A DNA stretch of 64,000 nt, taken from an uncultured delta proteobacterium (GTDB taxonomy: Bacteria > Desulfobacterota > RBG-13-43-22). The notes beneath the pieces were generated by a model, which did not search any database, was not told the origin of the DNA, and was given only the letters and a program-made list of their open reading frames with translations. Positions 18,641 through 28,119 of the stretch are shown here, in pieces. The first letter of the stretch is position 1, and every line of letters starts with the position of its first letter. Location of the stretch: assembly GCA_963838485.1 (NCBI GenBank), contig CAWIRY010000115.1:2323-66322 (forward strand), written 5' to 3'. The translations under genes were made by a program, and so were the position numbers.

Positions 18641-19984
18641 ATGTTTTTTAAAATCAGTCTTTATTCAGCCTTGATTGTTTTCGGATTCGGGTCGGGTTAC
18701 AAGGTTTTGAGGTGGTTTCAATGCCGGATCGGCGATCAGGCCAAAGGGATCTCGACCGGGGAACGCTTTTCCCAGGCCCTCAGAGGGGTTTTCTCTACAT
18801 TATTTAGCCGAAAATTGTCTCTCCTGGTCAAGATTTGGGTCCTGGAGGTCCTCTTCCAAAAGCAGATAAGCAGAGAAGGTTTTTCCCGTTGGCTCATGCA
18901 CATTTGTATTGCCTATGGATTTTTGTTCCTGCTCCTGATGCACGCCCTGGACCGTTATGTCAGCCAAAAGTTGTTCAGCGGATACGTTGCCACCCTGAAT
19001 CCTTTTCTCTTTCTAAGAAATTTATTCGGGGCCATCCTGTTGATTGGTCTGAGCATCGCTGGATATCGCCGTCTTTTCAACCGGGTTATGCGGCAGACTA
19101 CCCGGGGCATAGATATTTATGCCCTGGTAGTCCTTTCGCTAATAGTTTTTTCCGGGATTTTTTTGGAAGCCACCAAGATTGTTTCCTACCAACGTTATCA
19201 GGAAATGGTTACGGAAAATTCTTCGATATCCGATGAAGGGGAGGCCAGGGCCTTGAAGGCCTATTGGGCCAAGGAATTTGCCGTCGTCTTCCCCCAGACC
19301 CCTCCTGCGGATTCGATAACCTTAAAAAAGGGTCAAGAACTCCATGTCCTTAATTGCGCTTCCTGCCATTCGAAGCCGAGTTCGGCCTTTTTATCTTATG
19401 GACTGGCCAAAGCGATCGGACCAGCAGCAGCCCTGGTGGTGGGTCAAAGCAGTGTCAGGAACTTCCTGTGGTATTTCCATTTCCTGGTTTGCTTTATCGG
19501 CTTGGCCTTACTTCCCTTTACAAAATTTTTTCATCTTTTGACCAGTCCCCTGGTGCTTCTGATAAACGGGGTGATGGACCGGGCTACGGCCCTGCCGGCC
19601 AATATCGCCACCGTTCAGGCCATCGAACTGGACGCCTGCACCCATTGCGCCACCTGCACACTGCATTGTTCGGTGAGGCCGATCTTTCAGCACATCCCCA
19701 ATCTGACCATTTTGCCCTCGGAAAGATTAGCCGCTTTTAAGTCCATGGTTTTTCAAAAAGAGACCGCTTCCAATGAACTTACCCGTTGCCAGGAAGGGGC
19801 TTCCATTTGTACCAACTGCTTTAATTGCACCCAACGCTGTCCCGTGGGGATAGTGGCCAGGAATTGTGGTTTTGCCTGCGGGATGATCTTCAGCATCTGG
19901 GTTGCCCTGATCTGTTCGTCTCCACCCGTGATAGGCATGTGGCCAGGTTCGATCAAGATAAGACCAAGGTCCTTACTCCTTTGA
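18641..19984 (+). CDS. HdrE/DsrM/NarI-like membrane b-type cytochrome domain fused to a 2x[4Fe-4S] ferredoxin domain.
   Basis: Polytopic N-terminus with conserved His pairs, then CTHCATCTLHCS...CTNCFNCTQRCP. The C-terminal 45 aa are of uncertain reading. Confidence 0.6.
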   Translation: MFFKISLYSALIVFGFGSGYKVLRWFQCRIGDQAKGISTGERFSQALRGVFSTLFSRKLSLLVKIWVLEVLFQKQISREGFSRWLMHICIAYGFLFLLLMHALDRYVSQKLFSGYVATLNPFLFLRNLFGAILLIGLSIAGYRRLFNRVMRQTTRGIDIYALVVLSLIVFSGIFLEATKIVSYQRYQEMVTENSSISDEGEARALKAYWAKEFAVVFPQTPPADSITLKKGQELHVLNCASCHSKPSSAFLSYGLAKAIGPAAALVVGQSSVRNFLWYFHFLVCFIGLALLPFTKFFHLLTSPLVLLINGVMDRATALPANIATVQAIELDACTHCATCTLHCSVRPIFQHIPNLTILPSERLAAFKSMVFQKETASNELTRCQEGASICTNCFNCTQRCPVGIVARNCGFACGMIFSIWVALICSSPPVIGMWPGSIKIRPRSLLL

Positions 19985-20316
19985 GCCTAAAGCGTAAGGC
20001 CTTTAGGAATGATGTCTATCTTTCCTTCCAGGGTAATACCTTTAATAGCTGTTATGAATGCGTGACTTGCACGAACACCTGCCCGGTGGTCGTCAATTAT
20101 AAAAATCCCACGGAGGAACTGGGGTTACTTCCCCATCAAATTATGCACAGTTTGAAATTCGGTTTTCAGGAACATATCCTGGGGCCGGGGATGGTCTGGG
20201 AGTGCCTGGGTTGCTATAATTGTCAGGAAAGCTGCCCTCAGGGGGTTCGGGTAACGGATATCCTTTTTGAACTTAAAAATGAGGCCTTTCAACAGGCCGG
20301 AAATCTCAAGGCTTAA
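19981..20316 (+). CDS. HdrC-like 2x[4Fe-4S] protein. Start assigned to the TTG overlapping the upstream stop (TTGA); uncertain.
   Basis: ...CYECVTCTNTCPV...WECLGCYNCQESCPQG. Confidence 0.5.
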   Translation: MSLKRKAFRNDVYLSFQGNTFNSCYECVTCTNTCPVVVNYKNPTEELGLLPHQIMHSLKFGFQEHILGPGMVWECLGCYNCQESCPQGVRVTDILFELKNEAFQQAGNLKA

Positions 20317-20331
20317 AGAGGTAAATTATCA

Positions 20332-21123
20332 ATGCAAATGATTTTGTTTCCGGGCTGCAAAGTCCCTTACTATGTCCCTTCTTATGAGACCTCCAGTCGA
20401 ATGGTTTTAGAAAAATTCGGGATTGAATTAATGGATGTCGAACTGAACTGTTGTGGATACCCCATCCGTTTTCTGGATTTCAAGGCCTTTATTTTCTCTT
20501 CGGCCCGAAATATCGCCCTGGTCGGCGAAAGAGGCTTGCCTTTGCTGTGCCTTTGTAAGTGTTGCTACGGCACCTTGCGGTATGCGGATTTTCTTTTAAG
20601 AAAAAATGAGGCCCTTTTGAAAGAAGTCAACGAGGTATTAAAAGAAGAAGGACTCCGGTATCCTTCCAGGATAGAAATTAAGCATCTTTTAAGTGTTTTT
20701 TTTGAGGACATTGACCCGACCAATATCTGGAAAAAAAATACCCGACCTTTTCAAAATCTTAAAGTGGCCGCCCATTATGGGTGTCATATCCTGCGCCCCC
20801 GGGATGTGGTGCGATTTGATAACCCCGTTAAGCCCGACAGGTTTGAGACCTTGATAGATGTAACCGGAGCCATCAGTGTGGATTGGTCGCTGAGGACTCA
20901 ATGTTGCGGGGAGCCTTTATGGGGGAAAAATAATACATTGGCCCTGCAACTGACCAAGAAAAAAATAGCCAGCGCTAAACAAGCGGAGGCTGATGTGCTT
21001 TGCGTGGGCTGCACTCATTGTCAAATGCAATTTGAGAGAGTACGGGAAATGACGAGAAATGAAGATGACAAAAATCAGAGTTTACCATCCATCTTTTATC
21101 CCAACTGTTGGGACTCAGCTTAG
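20332..21123 (+). CDS. HdrB-like protein with two CCG domains.
   Basis: 263 aa with NCCGYP...CxxC and QCCGEP...CVGCTHC. Confidence 0.8.
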   Translation: MQMILFPGCKVPYYVPSYETSSRMVLEKFGIELMDVELNCCGYPIRFLDFKAFIFSSARNIALVGERGLPLLCLCKCCYGTLRYADFLLRKNEALLKEVNEVLKEEGLRYPSRIEIKHLLSVFFEDIDPTNIWKKNTRPFQNLKVAAHYGCHILRPRDVVRFDNPVKPDRFETLIDVTGAISVDWSLRTQCCGEPLWGKNNTLALQLTKKKIASAKQAEADVLCVGCTHCQMQFERVREMTRNEDDKNQSLPSIFYPNCWDSA

Positions 21124-21213
21124 GCTTGGAGGGCCAGGTCCTGGGAATTGACAAGAAGGTGTTGGATCTGATAGAATCGAGAAATTCCGCTGTTTAAAAC
21201 ATTTGGATGAAAT

Positions 21214-21504
21214 TTAAGCCGGGCCGATAACCCAGTTCTGGATCAAAGAGAGCGTCAGTACCCGGTAATTTTTAAAGACTTTCCCCAGTTCTTCATACTT
21301 GACCTTGGCCAGGGGCGGATACATCATCAGGATCAGGCCGATGGCGATGGGGAGATTGGTCGTATCATATTGGAAGAGATTCCAGAACTGAACTACCTTG
21401 GGATAGAGATAGCCGGACCCTACACCCACCAGCATGGCCAAAAAGATCCACAGGGTCAGAAAACGGTCCAGAAAGGAAAGTTTTTTAGGAGTCGTTTCGG
21501 GCAT
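21214..21504 (-). pseudogene. 5'-terminal fragment (96 codons) of an ACR3 arsenite efflux gene; truncated duplicate of 34474..35565.
   Basis: [25 protein letters not shown]... is about 95% identical to the N-terminus of the full-length copy. Homology to the second copy ends at about 21222. Confidence 0.75.
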
Positions 21505-21610
21505 AGTGTTTCCCTCCTTTTCAGGTTTTAAGAAGGGCCTCGATTTGTTCCTTTATTAATGATTCCGGCGGAATCTTTGAGAATGGACCATTCTCGGAGA
21601 CATAGAACCG

Positions 21611-21844
21611 TCACCCCAGGCCGGTTTGGGAAAGCTTCCTGGCCGACGGTTCCAAATCGAAGCCATTGATTTTAATGGTCGGAGAGCCGAAAAATTGATT
21701 TGTCCTGGCTTCTTCCTCGGTATTTATTAAAATTGGTTCAATCAGGATGTTGAGCTGTTTTTCATCTAACACTTTTTGAACCGCCTCCAGCGCCTTGTCT
21801 TTGGCCGGTCAACCCCGGGTATAAAGGACCTGAATATTATGCAT
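21611..21844 (-). CDS. Thioredoxin_3 (redox-active disulfide protein 2)-like 77-aa protein with an in-frame TGA in place of the first CxxC Cys (candidate single-Sec protein).
   Basis: MHNIQVLYTRG-[TGA 21809..21811]-PAKDKALEAVQKVLDEKQLNILIEPILINTEEEARTNQFFGSPTIKINGFDLEPSARKLSQTGLG*. It aligns in length and motif with the Cys paralog at 42163..42396 (VLGPGCPKCG...FGVISTPAVVVDG). Confidence 0.5.
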
Positions 21845-21896
21845 AATCTCCCCGTACTAAAAAAGTTTTCCATCTCCCGGATGGCAAGCATCAGGA

Positions 21897-22169
21897 TCAG
21901 CCATCGGCATCAGTGCCGGGTTGGATCTCGAGGGGAGGAAATGGGGTTGAGGATTGAGGGTTTGTAGCCTTCTTTTCTGGAGTGGGCTTAGGGGCAGGGT
22001 TTGGCTTGTCCGAATTCGAAGTCTGCTTATTGTCCTCAGAACATTCCTGCTGTTGCGGATTGGCTGAACCGGGGGGAAGGTTTTTTTTCTCCTCGGCAAA
22101 AGAAAAGGACCCGATTAGAATAATCAGTAAAACCAAAAACAGTATTGTCAATATGTTTCGACCTGTCAT
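21897..22169 (-). CDS. Secreted Pro/Gln-rich low-complexity protein (signal peptide).
   Basis: MTGRNILTILFLVLLIILIGSFSFA-EEKKNLPPGSANPQQQECSEDNK... Confidence 0.45.
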   Translation of the reverse strand: MTGRNILTILFLVLLIILIGSFSFAEEKKNLPPGSANPQQQECSEDNKQTSNSDKPNPAPKPTPEKKATNPQSSTPFPPLEIQPGTDADG

Positions 22170-22879
22170 AGCCTATCTTACCTTTATTCCTTTCCAATGT
22201 TTGTTAAATAAAGGTACTATACCCGGCAGCCTCCAATATTTCAATCAATCTTTGTCTCACCGCAATTCGGAGGGCAAAGAGGGCGATAACGCAAGATGGG
22301 TATTTCGTCTCCATAAAAAGAGAGGGGAGTGAAGAGTTGGGATCGCTGACTCAAGATCAATGTTACCGAGGTTTAGGGGATAACCTGCCATATTGTGATT
22401 GAGTTTGGAAGATTTTTTAAAGCTTTGTCTCAATGGCAGCTCTCAACAGAAAGAGGTTCAGGGTTTTGAACTGTGCCGTTAGCCTATTTATGCTTGACAA
22501 TCCTGCTTGTTATACCATTAAAATTACAAAGAATTTTATGGGGAATGCCCCGACTGAAACCCCATAAGATATTGTGATCCTTCCTCAGCGGCTCCGTTCT
22601 TCATGCGTCAATCCAAAATTGCTTTCAATGCTTTGAATATTTTCATGTTCTTCCTGCGAGCAACTTCGGATTGACGCTTATTCGAAATGTGGGAGAATTG
22701 GTTGGAATATCTCGGCCTTGACCTCTGGATGGCTTTGTTTTTTTTGCTTCGGTCCTCTTTATCTTTGAGCTGGCTCTGAGTTTATCACATTGTCCATTTT
22801 TCGGGGACCACTTTACCTCCGAGCACACCGACTGTTCGATGGAACCATTGACCTCAAGGTTGCCAGGATTGGTGTTCAA

Positions 22880-23512
22880 TCACTTTACAAATGACCGCAT
22901 GCAGGCAATAGCTGGCTGGAAATTTTTAGAAGGAAATGACTCAAATTCATAATAACCTTCTCCCTGGCAGGTCAGGCATGGTGTCCCCTGTTTGACCGGA
23001 TAGGCTTCATAGCAGACCGGGCAAATTTGGATCTCTCCTTTTTTATTTTTTTCGTAATACCGAGTGATTTGAACCGGTGCCGAATTTAACATCCTTCTGC
23101 CGGCTGTCAAAATATCTTGAACCAATACAGATAAGGGAAGCTCTTTTTTATCCACCAGACGCATATACCAATTATAAACCTTAGGAAAGGCGGAAAGCCT
23201 TCTGAGATCCATCCAGACCCTATATCCCTGAAGACTTTTTTTATTGTAAAGACTCAAAGCAAATTTATCCCAATCCAGGATCTTCATCCAGCCGTTGCCA
23301 CAGGTGCAGGGGGTGAAGAGTTGGACCGCATCGGGCAGGCAGTGAATCGTTTCTACTATGGCATCGGCCTCCAGTTCACTACCCAATAATTCCTGTGCCC
23401 AATCGACCATAAAACCGCCAATGACCACACCCGGGGCGGCCCAACCATGAAATTTTTCAATTGTTTTAATAAAATCTTCTAATGTCCTTCCACAAATGGT
23501 TTCTTTTTCCAT
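22880..23512 (-). CDS. FmdE/FwdE-family protein with a C-terminal zinc ribbon.
   Basis: 210 aa, ...HGWAAPGVVIGGFMV...CPVCYE...CLTCQGEG. Confidence 0.65.
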   Translation of the reverse strand: MEKETICGRTLEDFIKTIEKFHGWAAPGVVIGGFMVDWAQELLGSELEADAIVETIHCLPDAVQLFTPCTCGNGWMKILDWDKFALSLYNKKSLQGYRVWMDLRRLSAFPKVYNWYMRLVDKKELPLSVLVQDILTAGRRMLNSAPVQITRYYEKNKKGEIQICPVCYEAYPVKQGTPCLTCQGEGYYEFESFPSKNFQPAIACMRSFVK

Positions 23513-23775
23513 GTCTGCTTTCGATCTGTTTTGATGGTTCGTCGGTGCCTGCTTCAGGCAGGCATGAGCGCTTAGTTCGAAAATAGATTTTAGACCACCC
23601 TTGATCTCTGTAGGGGCCTATGTAGAGGCGGGTTTAAAACCCGCCCCTACGGGAGATTTTCATGTTCCGTGACCATCCTGCCTGTTCGGTTTGTGGGGAG
23701 ACCCGCGTAAGGCCTCAGTGTCCGTGACCAAGAGAAAAAGGGATCACGCTTGGACGGAGACCTTTTACAACCCCG

Positions 23776-26700
23776 TTAAACAGGAACTACGTTCACCCGG
23801 GTATTGGAAAAAGAGGCACTGCCGCCGATTGGGTCGGTCAAGCAGACATCCTTTAACAACGGGTCCACGGCCATGATATGGTTAACACAGATCCCCGTAG
23901 CCCGACGGCGGTCCCCAGAAATTTTGTGGCCATCGACCACCACATCATTGGACCCATAGGCCCAGTGACCGTAGTGCCAGGACACGGCCAGGGTCCCCGG
24001 ACGAATCCCTTCAACGATATTGACCCGTGCGATCATAGGCACCAGCCGGTTTTCTCCGTCTTTCAACTCTAACTTCCCGCTGGGATTGTCCACCGAAACC
24101 AACCGCACTCGTTGGTCCTGTTTAATGCCGATTTTTAAGGCATCTTCCCGATGAATCAGGATCTTGTTCTCCGGCCTCAAGGCGATGTTGCTCCAGTAGT
24201 TGGAGATGGTCCGGGAGTGACCGCCGAAGGCCTCTTTATAGGTGATGATCTTAAACGGATATTCTTGACCCCGCTTTAGGGGTTTACCGGCAGAATCGAA
24301 TTCCCCGCCAATAAATGGGACACCACTGAAATATGTCCCGCTGAGGCTGTTTTTTTGGGAAGCCACTTCCTCCACGAAGAGGTGAAACATGCTATTCAGG
24401 GCACTTTTCATTTTATCGCCCTCATAGGCTTGGCTGAAATCTGCAAACCGCCCCCCGCGGTTGAGGACATAAACGACTTTCCGCCATTCATTCTCTGACC
24501 GCAGGGCTTGCTTCCAACGCTTTTCGTTAAAAACAGAAAGGGGCAGATGTCGTCTGGCCTTTTGAAAGAGGGCCATTTCGGCGGCATCGGCTTCAGGGAC
24601 ATCCTCGCCGCCCTTATCTCCAAAGGCAATATTGGCCACTTCTTTAAGATACCAGTCCTCCGGCCGGGTGAATGGTATCCCCTTACCAAAGGCGTCCTGG
24701 CCGAATCCGGAGAGCTTCATCCGGGTTCCCACGGCAATTAAAAATGTTTCCATGCAGATAGGCATCCGTTCACCGTTCACCTCCACTTCTTCGGTGAAGG
24801 GTATGGCCACGGGTTGTCGTACCTTGCCTACTTTGGTGGGCACATCCGGCGTATCGTGTGGCATTCCCCACCGTTCCAGATAGGTCAGATCCGGGACAAT
24901 GTAGTCTGCATACATGGAGGTCTCGCCGATGACAATATCACTGGCAATGAAGAGCGGTACCCGGGCCGGATCCTTGAGCATGTCAATGATATGTTGGGTC
25001 CCGCCGGGTATAGAAAGGGCCGGAGTGCCCATGTGAAGGAAAAGGATTTTCCCGGCATAGGGATATCCGGCTGTGAAGGAGGGGATGACCTCCTGGTAAA
25101 CATTGCCGGTAAAGGGATACCAGGGCCGCTTGGCCGGGTAGCCATGTTCTTTGAAAAGGGTGAAATCTTCATACCGGCTCTTCTCACGAGTAATCCTAGG
25201 CCCAAAGGCTTTAAGAGGTCCGGAATGCATATTCTCCAATGGATAGATACTGTCTGGTTTATCTCCAACCTCATGCCAAGAGCCGCCCCCCTTACTGAGG
25301 CCCCCTTTATAATCGGCATTGCCGATGAGGACATTTAAAGTAATGATCAGACAACCGTTATAATATCCGTCTGTCTGCTGTACCGGTCCCCGATACATCT
25401 CCACCACAGACCTCTTTCCGTGAGAGGTGAACTCCCTGGCCACTTCGATGATGGTCATGATATCCACTCCGCTTTCTTCGGCATACTCCTTTAACGTGCG
25501 GGCCATGGCCTGTTCGGTCAGGAGTTGAAAGGCGCTCTTCACGGACAGGCCTTTCACCTGGGTCTTGACCAGGAGATCTCCTTCTATCGGTTTATTTTCA
25601 TCTTCCGGATCTACGGCAATCAGCCGGCCTGCGCGGGAGACTACCCTCTGTTTGGCTGTGCCGATGCCCGCTTCATCGGCCTTCAACAAGGCTATGGGGT
25701 GTCCTTCTACGATCTTTACCAAGTGGCTGGCGTTGGTCCAGGTCGGTTCATCGTCGGCCTTGGCAGCCCCCTTGTTGGCGTTTTCCAGGTACCGTTGGTC
25801 ATAACGGTTATTTTCCAGTATCCATCGAATCATGGCCATAGCCAAGGCCCCGTGGCCATTGGGTTGGACTGGAAGCCACCAGTTGGCCTTACCGGCATCG
25901 TTGGAGAGCCGTGCATCCACCACCGCGGTCTTCAGACCCCGGTGAAGTTTTCCGGTGGTGACCTTCTCGGCCATGGTCACCAGGCTGAAGTTGGCTGTAA
26001 AAGCCCCGGTTCCCCAGAAAATAACAAACTCGGCGTTAGCCAGGTCGGGTTTCATGTGGTTAGTTTTATGTCCGGTCATCAGGTCATAGGCGATGTGGTG
26101 AGACTGCTCACAAATAGTGGTATGTTCATAATGATTCTTCGATCCAAGGGATAATTCGGTAAACCATTTCATTAATTGGGCACGGCCTGGTTGAATGCGG
26201 CCAGCCAGGAAGACGAAGCCGTTATTTTTCGGTCCGAGATCCGGATGTTCAGGATCAATAAGCTGATCCAGATGTTCTCGATACTTTTTCTTAAATTCAA
26301 CAACACTCAATTCCCCCTTGCCACACTTCTGGGCATCTTCAGCCATTTTTTTTGATAACTCGACATCCCTCATGGCCACTACCTCGTCAAATCCCGGGTA
26401 TGGGCGGCTGTCTCCTGCCTCGGCGAACAACTTGCCTCCGCGGACGACTTCTTCTATGAATTGGTTAAAAGGGATGCTCTGCCACTTATTGGACCCTCGT
26501 TCGCCGGCTCGTTTAAGTACCTTTCGAATCCGGTAGGGATCGTAATAGGTTTGGATACCGGCCTGCCCCTTGGCGCACAGCTTCCCGTCAATAGTCGCCG
26601 CATCCTGGGGGCGGGTCTTATAAGGAATATGGGGGAGAAAAGTCTGAGGGCTGTAAGGACTCCCCGTCAACTTGGCCAGGGTTCCGTCCCAGATTTTGGC

Positions 26701-26952
26701 CTTGATCTGGCAGGATACATGGCATTGGAGGCAGGTGGTATAAATCTGGTTTTGGGGCTGGGCCAGCTCGTATGCGCCCTGGCTGTCTGCCTCTTTGGTC
26801 TCGGTCAGGCCTCCAAAAATTTTGCTTGCCTGAGCGGCCAGGATGGCACATCCCCCCACAAAGGCTGTTGACTGGATCAATTGACGACGAGTAATTCCTT
26901 TTTGCTCGTTTTTCTTGTTTTCTACAGATCGTTGGTCATGTTTGACGCGCAT
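23776..26952 (-). CDS. ttrA: Molybdopterin (bis-MGD) oxidoreductase catalytic subunit, TtrA-like, with a Tat signal.
   Basis: 1058 aa with TRRQLIQSTAFVGGCAILAA (Tat) and CLQCHVSCQ (an N-terminal [4Fe-4S] motif). The size and the B-C-A gene order match tetrathionate reductase. Confidence 0.65.
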   Translation of the reverse strand: MRVKHDQRSVENKKNEQKGITRRQLIQSTAFVGGCAILAAQASKIFGGLTETKEADSQGAYELAQPQNQIYTTCLQCHVSCQIKAKIWDGTLAKLTGSPYSPQTFLPHIPYKTRPQDAATIDGKLCAKGQAGIQTYYDPYRIRKVLKRAGERGSNKWQSIPFNQFIEEVVRGGKLFAEAGDSRPYPGFDEVVAMRDVELSKKMAEDAQKCGKGELSVVEFKKKYREHLDQLIDPEHPDLGPKNNGFVFLAGRIQPGRAQLMKWFTELSLGSKNHYEHTTICEQSHHIAYDLMTGHKTNHMKPDLANAEFVIFWGTGAFTANFSLVTMAEKVTTGKLHRGLKTAVVDARLSNDAGKANWWLPVQPNGHGALAMAMIRWILENNRYDQRYLENANKGAAKADDEPTWTNASHLVKIVEGHPIALLKADEAGIGTAKQRVVSRAGRLIAVDPEDENKPIEGDLLVKTQVKGLSVKSAFQLLTEQAMARTLKEYAEESGVDIMTIIEVAREFTSHGKRSVVEMYRGPVQQTDGYYNGCLIITLNVLIGNADYKGGLSKGGGSWHEVGDKPDSIYPLENMHSGPLKAFGPRITREKSRYEDFTLFKEHGYPAKRPWYPFTGNVYQEVIPSFTAGYPYAGKILFLHMGTPALSIPGGTQHIIDMLKDPARVPLFIASDIVIGETSMYADYIVPDLTYLERWGMPHDTPDVPTKVGKVRQPVAIPFTEEVEVNGERMPICMETFLIAVGTRMKLSGFGQDAFGKGIPFTRPEDWYLKEVANIAFGDKGGEDVPEADAAEMALFQKARRHLPLSVFNEKRWKQALRSENEWRKVVYVLNRGGRFADFSQAYEGDKMKSALNSMFHLFVEEVASQKNSLSGTYFSGVPFIGGEFDSAGKPLKRGQEYPFKIITYKEAFGGHSRTISNYWSNIALRPENKILIHREDALKIGIKQDQRVRLVSVDNPSGKLELKDGENRLVPMIARVNIVEGIRPGTLAVSWHYGHWAYGSNDVVVDGHKISGDRRRATGICVNHIMAVDPLLKDVCLTDPIGGSASFSNTRVNVVPV

Positions 26953-26955
26953 GGG

Positions 26956-28107
26956 TTAATTTCCTCCCTCATTGACAGATTTTGTTGAAAGGATTGGCAG
27001 AAACCGGATGCCCAGATAAAAGAGGGCGATAAATAGGGCCACAGCGAAGGCAAAGACCGACCATTCATGGATCGATGGGAAGTATACGAACTTGAGCCGG
27101 TTATCCGAATAGGCCTCCTGAAGTCCCTTCATGGCCGGGGTTACTTGGCCAGGGATCACCTGGTTCAGGCGAACCGCGAAGTGGGCCACGGCAATCAGCA
27201 GGCCAGCCCATCCGGCATTCAGACGGTTTGCTGGCTTCCGTATCAGCATCACCAATGGAATGATGATTCCGGCCAGAAGGTGAACGATCCAAAAGACGTA
27301 CCAATAGGAACCGAAGAGGATGGACCAGAGCACCGTATAGGTTCTATCCCTTCCATACCACATGGTTACCGAAAATTCCGACCACTCCAGAATGATTACC
27401 AGGAAGAGCAGGCCTACGACTGACCGACTCAAGAGGGATAGGGTCTCCCGGTCCTTGGAAGAATCCGTGAAACAGAAAAAGGCTGCGACAGCTAAGATCA
27501 AGGCAAGGCCGGAAGACAAACCATCGCCAATAGAGAGGACCGGGCCGAGGGAGGTGTGCCAATAGGGACTGGATATCAGGGTGGCGAATTCAGCACCGTT
27601 GCCGCCGGAGAAGATGATGGCCAGGCCCATACCGATCCAGCCGAGGCGGCGGTAGGTCTTGGTTGCTAAGGGATAGGGTTTTATTTCCATGGCCAGGATT
27701 ATGGCGATATAGGCCAAGTAGCCCATCGAAATCCAACTGGAGATGGTCAACAGGGAGAAAAAGTTGGGCCGAAAAAAGACCTCCTGCAGTCGCCACATAT
27801 GCCCCAGGTCGAAGGAGATGATCGTAAGCCCAACCACCAGGTTGACCAGGGACAGCCACAGGGCGGGACGTACCAGGCCACGGAATCGCTCAATTTGAAA
27901 GGCATAACAAACCCAGGCAAAAAAGGAAACCCCCTCTGCCAGGCCGATAAAATAGATTTTTGCGGAAACCCATAATCCCCAGGGGACGTAGCTGCCGTAA
28001 TCGGCGAGCAGATGACCATATATCATCCGCTGCATTACACCGAAAAGGCCCCAGATCATCAGGGCGACCCAGGCAATACCGATGACTTTTTTTTGCGTTT
28101 TTGTCAT
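26956..28107 (-). CDS. ttrC: NrfD/PsrC-family membrane anchor (TtrC-like).
   Basis: 383 aa, polytopic, lying between the Fe-S and catalytic subunit genes. Confidence 0.65.
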   Translation of the reverse strand: MTKTQKKVIGIAWVALMIWGLFGVMQRMIYGHLLADYGSYVPWGLWVSAKIYFIGLAEGVSFFAWVCYAFQIERFRGLVRPALWLSLVNLVVGLTIISFDLGHMWRLQEVFFRPNFFSLLTISSWISMGYLAYIAIILAMEIKPYPLATKTYRRLGWIGMGLAIIFSGGNGAEFATLISSPYWHTSLGPVLSIGDGLSSGLALILAVAAFFCFTDSSKDRETLSLLSRSVVGLLFLVIILEWSEFSVTMWYGRDRTYTVLWSILFGSYWYVFWIVHLLAGIIIPLVMLIRKPANRLNAGWAGLLIAVAHFAVRLNQVIPGQVTPAMKGLQEAYSDNRLKFVYFPSIHEWSVFAFAVALFIALFYLGIRFLPILSTKSVNEGGN

Positions 28108-28119
28108 AAAATTTCTCCT

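Larger units (their letters stand above)
21222..22259. repeat. Copy 1 of a 1.04-kb direct duplication (about 93% identical to 35283..36320).
   Basis: Direct alignment by eye: the acr3 5' end, the TGA-containing thioredoxin-like ORF and the secreted Pro-rich ORF are all shared. Confidence 0.85.

Noticed and set aside
22330-22880. A 550-bp gene-free stretch after the duplicated block, considered for a hidden ncRNA or CRISPR leader.
   Set aside because: No repeats, no conserved RNA motifs I recognise, and only a weak sigma-70-like TTGACA...TAAAAT with 19-nt spacing. It was left unannotated.
23513-23775. Palindromes (GGCGGGTTTAAAACCCGCC nested in GTAGGGG...CCCCTAC) between ttrA and fmdE, considered as a terminator.
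   Set aside because: The hairpin is strong, but no U-tract follows on the transcribed (minus) strand. It may be a processing or stability element. It was not called a terminator.
23878-26871. Multiple plus-strand ORFs of 60-209 aa inside the ttrA region.
   Set aside because: They are antisense to a 1058-aa molybdopterin oxidoreductase with clear Tat and Fe-S motifs.
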